Assembly (NCBI GenBank): GCA_047651235.1
Contig: CP178758.1
Coordinates: 2,610,001-2,642,000, forward strand
Origin: Candidatus Electrothrix yaqonensis
GTDB taxonomy: Bacteria > Desulfobacterota > Desulfobulbia > Desulfobulbales > Desulfobulbaceae
Reading direction: 5' to 3'
DNA length: 32,000 bases
Below the pieces are notes generated by a model that was given only the letters and a program-made list of their open reading frames with translations, did no database searches and was not told the DNA's origin. The position numbers and the translations under genes are program-made. This document shows positions 8,661 to 14,750 of the stretch, one piece after another (the first letter of the stretch is position 1; the number at the start of each line of letters is the position of its first letter).

Positions 8661-9737
8661 TTACGCCATCGCCACATCCAGAATATCCACCAGCCTGCCG
8701 TTATAGTTATTGCGGATCATCTCCCAGAGTGCGGTATAATCATTCACCGTGATCTCCAGAGTACTCACGGCCGAGCCGGCAAAACCGGGGATAATGTATT
8801 CCCCGTTTCCGGTCACCGGGATTTCCGCGCCGGCCGCACCCTCCTCCTTCATATCGATGAGCGAGAAAAGCAGCTGCTCTCCCGGCAGATCCTGAATCAC
8901 CTGAATACGCAGGCGTTCGTCCGCCGTGAGCGTACCTGCATTGATCCCGACATGAGCCGTGGCCGCGCTGCCGGTCAGGATGCCGGTCTCAGGCGGTGTC
9001 GCTCCGCCCAGACCAGGCACTGCCAGCGGGGTGCGCAGTCTGCGCTGATAGGTGCCGCTGCGCTCTGTGCCGTGTTCCGTGTACTGGGTTGTTACCGTGA
9101 CCGTATACTCATTGTTCCACGGGTTGGCCTGGGCAGGAATATCAGGAACCACCAGAATCTCGCTGTTGGAAACCAGGGCGAAAGTGCTCTGCTTTGTCGC
9201 GCCGCTCTCCGTGCCTGTGATGGTGCAGCCGGAGTCCGGGTCGTCCTCCTCAAAGTCAAGGTTGCTGCCGGTAAGGTGCAGGACGCCGTTCGGATTGAGC
9301 ACGTCGGCCAGCTTGACTTTGGTGTCTTCCGCCGAGCTGATAAGGGGCTGCTTCTGGCTCATGGGCAGGCGGGTGAACCGGGCTACTGTGCGCAGGTTCT
9401 GCAGCAGATTCCGGGAGGCAAAGACGCCCACGCCCAGCAGATCATCACTGTCAGGCAGGGGGTCGTCCGGCGCGTTCAGGCGGCCGGTAAAGGAGGGCCG
9501 AAAGCGGAAGGCGTCCTTCAGGGTGACCTGATCGCCGTTGATCAGCCGCTGCAGTATCCACTCCATAATCAGGGGCGCAAGAGAACGGATCAGATCAGCG
9601 TTGTAGTTTGGATTGGCCGACGAAATATCCGTTGCCATCTCGTCGTAGCCTGCGGTGTTGCGCGGAACAAACAGGATGCGGTAGGACAGGGGTTTGGTAA
9701 GGGCATTGATGACCGGTCGCCACTGAATCGTTGCCAT
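8661..9737 (-). CDS. HU-like DNA-binding domain fused to an Ig-like DUF4469-type domain plus an extra C-terminal region
   Basis: The start MATIQWRPVINALTKPLSYRILFVPRNTAGYDEMATDIS...INGDQVTLKDAFRFRPSFTGRLNAPDDP fits the HU-fold module of this family. The stretch QPLISSAEDT...LNPNGVLHLTGSNLDFEEDDPDSGCTI...NSEILVVPDIP...NEYTVTVTTQY fits the Ig-like module. A GGAGAA SD sits upstream of ATG 9737. The family assignment is from memory (PF18291/PF14734-like) and was not searched. Confidence 0.6.
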   Translation of the reverse strand: MATIQWRPVINALTKPLSYRILFVPRNTAGYDEMATDISSANPNYNADLIRSLAPLIMEWILQRLINGDQVTLKDAFRFRPSFTGRLNAPDDPLPDSDDLLGVGVFASRNLLQNLRTVARFTRLPMSQKQPLISSAEDTKVKLADVLNPNGVLHLTGSNLDFEEDDPDSGCTITGTESGATKQSTFALVSNSEILVVPDIPAQANPWNNEYTVTVTTQYTEHGTERSGTYQRRLRTPLAVPGLGGATPPETGILTGSAATAHVGINAGTLTADERLRIQVIQDLPGEQLLFSLIDMKEEGAAGAEIPVTGNGEYIIPGFAGSAVSTLEITVNDYTALWEMIRNNYNGRLVDILDVAMA

Positions 9738-9885
9738 GACTTTTCTCCTCTGAAAATGGGCAGGTGAGAGAGTTGATATAATGGGGATAATTTGCAGATT
9801 AGGGCGATATGGCGGTTCTGTCAACGGAATTTTTCTTTTTCTCTGCTGAGCAACGGAAAAAGCCGGTACGTCAGTTCAGCAGGGG

Positions 9886-10017
9886 GAGTAACGGGCGTGT
9901 CTCGATTCGAGTAACGGGCGTGTCTCGATGTGAGTAACGAGTGTGTCTCGATGCGAGTAATGAGCGTGTCTCGATGCGAGTAACGGGCGTGTCTCGATGC
10001 GAGTAACGGGCGTGTCT
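9886..10017. repeat. 5.7 head-to-tail copies of a 23-bp unit GAGTAACGGGCGTGTCTCGATGC (iteron-like array)
   Basis: Units occupy 9886-9908, 9909-9931, 9932-9954, 9955-9977, 9978-10000 and 10001-10017 (truncated). Each has 0-2 substitutions. There are no spacers. The array lies in the divergent intergenic region between the 9737(-) and 10172(+) starts. Confidence 0.95.
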
Positions 10018-10171
10018 GAGATAAGGGGTGCCGGCAGGGTGTTCAGCCATTGTACGGTTTGATGCCGACGGGGTATTTTTTTCCGCAAACTCCGTGATTC
10101 CTGTTTACGATGTTATCTCATTGTTGTACCTTTAGAAGGTATACAAATTACACATGAGGGAGGAAAACAAA

Positions 10172-10363
10172 ATGCTTGACTGGCTCATACAGAACAAAAC
10201 ATGGCTTTTCAGCGGTATTGCCGTATCGGTTCCGATAGCGCTGATCGGGTGGTATCTTGCGAGGAAAAAAAGCGGTGGGAATATAACGCAGCGCACACGG
10301 GGAAAGAACAGCCCGGCTGTGAATGCCAATAATGGTAACGTGGATATTCACTATGGCGACTGA
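10172..10363 (+). CDS. Small membrane-anchored protein (63 aa), probably the detached N-terminus of the downstream TPR protein
   Basis: A GGGAGGA SD lies 8 nt before ATG 10172. The sequence MLDWLIQNKTWLFSGIAVSVPIALIGWYLARKK is a TM helix followed by a positive patch. The tail ITQRTRGKNSPAVNANNGNVDIHYG repeats a motif found at the start of the next ORF. Confidence 0.6.
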   Translation: MLDWLIQNKTWLFSGIAVSVPIALIGWYLARKKSGGNITQRTRGKNSPAVNANNGNVDIHYGD

Positions 10364-12326
10364 GAAAGGGTCAACAGCTGAAACGGCCGCTCAGGTTAAT
10401 CAGTCAACGAGCGGGGATAAATCGCCGGTAATCAATACTGATGGTGGTGATGCCACGGTCAATTACGGCCTGAAAAAAGAAGAATACCGGCAAATGCTCC
10501 AGGAAGAGCTGGCACGTTCACTCAAAGGGATGCAGGCTTCCGGACTTGCTGCTGAAGGACGTCAACTGCTGGAACAGCAGGTAAAGGCTGCCGAGGAAAA
10601 ACTGGCTAATCTTCAGCAGAGCTATGAAGAGGAGATCAAACGCCGCAGAAATGCGGTTGAGGCACTAGGAAAACTTCAGGGAAAGCTGCCCGAAGCCCGG
10701 ATTGCCGCAGCGCAAAAGAGTTTGGAGCAGGGCCATACCGAAGCGGCGGAGCAGATCTTTGATGAGGTGGTGGACAAGGAGGGCAGCTCCGTTGCCCTGG
10801 CTGCGTTTCAGAGCGGACAGCTTGCCGAAGGCCGTCTGGATTACGAAAAAGCCATGCGCCAGTACACAAAGGCGGTGGCTTTGGAAGAGGACAACCCGGA
10901 CTACCTGCTGGCTGCCGGTAAGATGGCCCGCACTGTTGCTGATTATGACCGGGCGCAGGAGTGGCTGGAACGGTTATTACAGATCAGGGAGGCGGAGAAG
11001 GAAGAGACCGTTGACCTTGCCATAGCTCAACACGAACTTGCTCTTTTATATAAATCGCAGGGCCGTTACGCGGAAGCGGAACCGCTCTATACACATGCTC
11101 TGGAAATTTATGAAAACTCCCTGGGCAAAGACCATCCTTCGGTCGCGGCCACACTGAACAATCTGGCGGCATTATATGAATCGCAGGGCCGTTACGCAGA
11201 AGCGGAACCGCTCTATACACGTGCTCTGGCGATCTGGGAGAAATCCCTGGGCAAAGACCATCCTGAGGTCGCGACCACACTGAACAATCTGGCTCTTTTA
11301 TATAAATCGCAGGGCCGTTACGCGGAAGCGGAACCGCTCTATACACGTGCTCTGGCGATCTGGGAGAAATCCCTGGGCAAAGACCATCCTTCGGTCGCGA
11401 CCACACTGAACAATCTGGGGTGGTTGTATTACTCGCAGGGCCGTTACGCGGAAGCGGAACCGCTCTATATACGTGCTCTTGCAATCTGGGAAGAATCTCT
11501 TGGAAAGGAACACCCGCATGTTGCGGCCACACTGAACAATCTGGCTTTTTTATATAAATCGCAGGGCCGTTACGAGGAAGCGGAACCGCTCTATATACGT
11601 GCTCTGGAGATCTCAGAGAAATCCCTGGGCAAGGACCATCCTTCGGTCGCGACCACACTGAACAATCTGGCGGGATTATATGAATCGCAGGACCGTTACG
11701 CGGAAGCGGAACCGCTCTATACACGTGCTCTTGCAATTTGGGAAGAATCTCTTGGAAAGGAACACCCGCATGTTGCGGCTGCTTTGAACAATCTGGCTGG
11801 ATTATATTACTCGCAGGGCCGTTACGCAGAAGCGGAACCGCTCTATACACGTGCTCTGGCGATCTCAGAGAAATCCCTGGGCAAAGACCATCCTGAGGTC
11901 GCGACCACACTGAACAATCTGGCGGAATTATACAGACAGCAGGGCCGTTACGCAGAAGCGGAACCGCTCTATACACGTGCGCTGAAGATTAAGGAGAAAT
12001 CCCTGGGCAAAGACCATCCTTCGGTCGCGACCACACTGAACAATCTGGCTCTTTTATATAAATCGCAGGGCCGTTACGCGGAAGCGGAACCGCTCTATAC
12101 ACGTGATCTGGCGATTTCAGAGAAATCCCTGGGCAAAGACCATCCTTCGGTCGCGGCCACACTGAACAATCTGGCGGCATTATATGAATCGCAGGGCCGT
12201 TACGCGGAAGCGGAACCGCTCTATACACGTGCTCTGGCGATCCTTCATGCCGCCTTTCCCAACGGGCATCCTGATATTGAAATACTCAAGAGCAACATCG
12301 ACGAATTGCAACGTAAGATGCACTGA
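10353..12326 (+). CDS. Tetratricopeptide repeat protein (kinesin-light-chain-type TPR, 10 units) with N-terminal coiled coil
   Basis: ATG 10353 overlaps the upstream ORF by 11 nt in another frame. There are ten 42-aa units: NLAxLYxSQGRYAEAEPLYxRALxIxEKSLGKDHPxVAxTL. The preceding region is a predicted coiled coil (LEQQVKAAEEKLANLQQSYEEEIKRRR). Confidence 0.85.
   Translation: MATEKGSTAETAAQVNQSTSGDKSPVINTDGGDATVNYGLKKEEYRQMLQEELARSLKGMQASGLAAEGRQLLEQQVKAAEEKLANLQQSYEEEIKRRRNAVEALGKLQGKLPEARIAAAQKSLEQGHTEAAEQIFDEVVDKEGSSVALAAFQSGQLAEGRLDYEKAMRQYTKAVALEEDNPDYLLAAGKMARTVADYDRAQEWLERLLQIREAEKEETVDLAIAQHELALLYKSQGRYAEAEPLYTHALEIYENSLGKDHPSVAATLNNLAALYESQGRYAEAEPLYTRALAIWEKSLGKDHPEVATTLNNLALLYKSQGRYAEAEPLYTRALAIWEKSLGKDHPSVATTLNNLGWLYYSQGRYAEAEPLYIRALAIWEESLGKEHPHVAATLNNLAFLYKSQGRYEEAEPLYIRALEISEKSLGKDHPSVATTLNNLAGLYESQDRYAEAEPLYTRALAIWEESLGKEHPHVAAALNNLAGLYYSQGRYAEAEPLYTRALAISEKSLGKDHPEVATTLNNLAELYRQQGRYAEAEPLYTRALKIKEKSLGKDHPSVATTLNNLALLYKSQGRYAEAEPLYTRDLAISEKSLGKDHPSVAATLNNLAALYESQGRYAEAEPLYTRALAILHAAFPNGHPDIEILKSNIDELQRKMH
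11010..12270 (+). repeat. Ten tandem 126-bp coding repeats (TPR units), many nearly identical at the DNA level
   Basis: The TCGCAGGGCCGTTACGC landmark recurs from 11055 and 11181 through to 12189, with a period of exactly 126 bp. Confidence 0.9.
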
Positions 12327-12341
12327 TGAACAGGGTGACCT

Positions 12342-13463
12342 CTATTTTCCCCCCTTTGCCGGAGCCCCCCAGGTATAGACAGCAGTGACCGCATAATTCC
12401 AGACAGAGCTCACTCCGATTCCGGCCAGAGCCGAGAGCATCCAGTTGGTCTGCTGTCGAAACAGCAGGGAGGCGATTCCCACATTGGCTGCCGCTCCCAT
12501 GCTGCAGACAAGCACAAAGGAGAGCCAGCCGGTAAGCAGGCGCCAGCCCTTGAGCTGAACATCACTGTAGGTAAAGAAGTTGTTCATCAGATAATTGGTG
12601 GTCATAGCCACCAGCGTGGCTGCAGTCTGCCCGTAGACAAACGGAGCATTGATGATGCGGAAGACCAGGAACAGTACCAGGAAATGAACAAGTACGCCGA
12701 TCCCTCCGACCAGGATAAAGGCGACAAAACGCACCGGTATAAAGCGGCCGATCCATTTGTCCAGCAGCAGCATAGCGAACTCCAGCAGAGCACGGCTGTC
12801 CAGTTTGCTTTCCCCGGCATGGCGCGTTCTGAAGGTATAGGGAAGCTCCTGGAAACGCATGGGTGTGGCAGAAGAGGCAAAGAGATCCAGCAGAATCTTA
12901 AAGCCGATGCCTGACAGATTGCGTACCCGCTGCATCAGGGCCTCCCGGCGGATCATAAAGAAACCGCTCATGGGGTCGGTCAGCTCAGTACGGGTGAAGT
13001 AACGGCTGATCCGGGTGGCAAGGCGGCTGTACGCTGCTCTTTTGGCATTCCAGCCGCCGATCCCGCCGCCGTCCGCATAGCGGCTGCCCACCACGACATC
13101 CAGCTGCTGACTGCGCAGAGCCTGCAGCATGTCAGGCAGCAGGCCCTCGTCGTGCTGCAGATCAGCATCCATCACAGCGAGATACGGGGCGGAAGAGGCA
13201 AGCATTCCCTCCACACAGGCCGAGGACAGGCCGCGCCGTCCTATCCGGTGAATCAGGCGGACCCGTGCATCCTGAAAGGCCATATCCGCAACCTGGCCGC
13301 TCGTGCTGTCCGGTGAGTCATCATCCACAAAAACCACCTCCCAACGGATTCCCTGCAGAACCCGCTCAAGGCGACCGACCAGTTCTTCCACATTATCCGC
13401 CTCATTGAAACAGGGCACCACGACAGAAAGCAGGGGGCCGGGGACAGGACGTTCTTTGTGCAT
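12342..13463 (-). CDS. GT2 polyprenol-phosphate glycosyltransferase (DPM1/ArnC-like) fused to a GtrA-like membrane domain
   Basis: The GT-A region reads LSVVVPCFNEADNV...VVFVDDDSPD...AVMDADLQHD...DPMSGFFMIRREAL. The C-terminal four-TM GtrA-like region reads FVAFILVGGIGVLVHF...NNFFTY...VWNYAVTAVYTW. Confidence 0.85.
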   Translation of the reverse strand: MHKERPVPGPLLSVVVPCFNEADNVEELVGRLERVLQGIRWEVVFVDDDSPDSTSGQVADMAFQDARVRLIHRIGRRGLSSACVEGMLASSAPYLAVMDADLQHDEGLLPDMLQALRSQQLDVVVGSRYADGGGIGGWNAKRAAYSRLATRISRYFTRTELTDPMSGFFMIRREALMQRVRNLSGIGFKILLDLFASSATPMRFQELPYTFRTRHAGESKLDSRALLEFAMLLLDKWIGRFIPVRFVAFILVGGIGVLVHFLVLFLVFRIINAPFVYGQTAATLVAMTTNYLMNNFFTYSDVQLKGWRLLTGWLSFVLVCSMGAAANVGIASLLFRQQTNWMLSALAGIGVSSVWNYAVTAVYTWGAPAKGGK

Positions 13464-13618
13464 AGATGATACAGCCGACGATATATAAGGAAAAAGGAAG
13501 AGGCTGAAAGGAAAAAAGCCGGGCAGGCAGAGGGCAGAATCAGAACAAATACTGCACTGTCCCGATCAAAAAGAAATGACCGGAACAATGCCTTTGAATA
13601 TGAATATCAGCGGAAACA

Positions 13619-14398
13619 CTAAAGGGGGTTGCCTTCACTCCTGAACCATCCATTCCAGGCAGTCCGGGGAGCATCGGCACACGGTGAAGTCCCGCACCGG
13701 TCTGTTGTCTTCCGGCAATGGTGCTCAACACCTCGCTGATAATCTACACCGCAGGTTTTGCAGCGAACCTTAGCGCAATCGCATGCAGTACCCTTTGCAT
13801 ACCGCGTACCGCAGGAGCTGCAGCGGGAGGAGATATCACACTGGTATCCGTATCTCGCCTGTCCCCTGTCGCAGGAGCTGCAGCGGACCGTATCGTATTG
13901 ATCCTGCCGTCTCTGTTTCCGCACTTTCTTGCACTTACTGCACTTATCACAGCGGCTCTTTCTGTAGTCACAGTTTGTTGCATACCGCGTACCGCAGGAG
14001 CTGCAGCGAGAGGAGATATCACTCTGGTATCCGTATCTCGCCTGTCCTCTGTCGCAGGTTCTGCAGCTGGTGCCTTTTGCGTACCGGTTACCGCAAAGTC
14101 TGCACCGCACTGTACTGGTGTATTCAGTCTTTGTCCTTGTCAGATCACAACGGTACCCGCAGGAGGATCTCTTATACTTTCTATACTTTTTGTCACAGCC
14201 GCACCGCCGGTCATACCGGCAATCTTTACTGCAGGTTCTGCATGGCTTCCGGCAGTTTGCCTTCCCGCATCGTGACAGATCGCACGAATAGCCGCACCGC
14301 ACCTGTTTCTGCTGATAACAGTCGTAGGAAAAAGCTGGCCCTACTGTGAACAGCATTGTCATGGTGATCAAAAAACTTGCCGCAAAAATCGCTTTCAT
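13619..14398 (-). CDS. Exported cysteine-rich basic repeat protein (259 aa), family unknown
   Basis: A GGGGAGGGAAGA SD abuts ATG 14398. The Sec-type leader is MKAIFAASFLITMTMLFTVGPAFS/YD. I count 34 Cys, mostly in CxxC(G/D) knuckles. There are internal protein repeats and an approximately 90-bp DNA direct repeat (13797-13886 vs 13980-14070). Confidence 0.7.
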   Translation of the reverse strand: MKAIFAASFLITMTMLFTVGPAFSYDCYQQKQVRCGYSCDLSRCGKANCRKPCRTCSKDCRYDRRCGCDKKYRKYKRSSCGYRCDLTRTKTEYTSTVRCRLCGNRYAKGTSCRTCDRGQARYGYQSDISSRCSSCGTRYATNCDYRKSRCDKCSKCKKVRKQRRQDQYDTVRCSSCDRGQARYGYQCDISSRCSSCGTRYAKGTACDCAKVRCKTCGVDYQRGVEHHCRKTTDRCGTSPCADAPRTAWNGWFRSEGNPL

Positions 14399-14464
14399 TC
14401 TTCCCTCCCCGCATTTTATTCATTGAACTTTAATTTGAACTGCAAACATATATTATTACACATA

Positions 14465-14500
14465 CCTTATTTTTTCGATGATAACAATGGGAAAATAAGG
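14465..14500. promoter_or_regulatory. Inverted repeat CCTTATTTT-N18-AAAATAAGG in the AT-rich divergent intergenic region
   Basis: The arms at 14465-14473 and 14492-14500 are perfect complements. The repeat lies between the Cys-rich gene start (14398, -) and pabBC (14751, +). Confidence 0.3.
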
Positions 14501-14750
14501 CGTGCAGGATAAAAAATATGTAATATCAATATATTCTGTGTTGCAGAAAAATATATCCCTTTCTGTTGCCGCAATGGAGATAATCCCGCGCCGAAAGCAG
14601 GCCCCGGGATCTCAATTCACTTGCGCAGTTTTTCTGTTCTTAGTAGAAAACAGAGGTTGTCTGCGGTCGGGCCTGTTCCCGCCTCTGTCGGGGGCGAAGA
14701 TCAGCTCCGACGTTCTGCTGCAATACTCTGTCCTCTGTCTCCGTCACTGC

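Noticed and set aside
7734-8677. Minus-strand ORFs (264 aa and 153 aa) inside the ligase gene
   Set aside because: These are antisense shadows of a GC-rich gene that has clear adenylation motifs on the plus strand.
8625-9767. 380-aa plus-strand ORF antisense to the HU-like gene
   Set aside because: The composition is rich in Arg/His/Gly/Gln with no motifs. The minus-strand frame has a good SD, a protein-like composition and recognisable domain patterns.
9886-10017. Possible CRISPR array
   Set aside because: The repeats are directly abutting with no spacers, the unit is only 23 bp, and there are no cas genes in the window. It is a tandem repeat, not a CRISPR.
10984-12228. Minus-strand ORFs of 330 aa and 79 aa with the repeating peptide YRAVPL(L/P)RNGPA
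   Set aside because: These are shadow frames created by the 126-bp TPR coding repeats on the plus strand. Their periodicity simply mirrors those repeats.
13718-14349. Plus-strand ORFs (185 aa and 188 aa) opposite the Cys-rich gene
   Set aside because: They have no SD and no signal or motif content, and their Ala/Ser/Arg-rich sequence is the reverse complement of Cys/Arg codons. The minus frame has an SD, a signal peptide and structured repeats.
14502-14750. 83-codon N-terminal extension of pabBC in the ORF track
   Set aside because: The extension is hydrophobic and Cys-rich, lies in AT-rich intergenic-looking DNA, and has no counterpart in PabB N-termini as I know them. I kept it as an open question in a finding.
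14560-14750. Folate-type riboswitch (THF or ZTP) upstream of pabBC
   Set aside because: I could not find the conserved cores I remember (CGCGUUAAG-type for THF, CCGCCUGGGC-type pseudoknot for ZTP). An Infernal scan would be needed to settle it.
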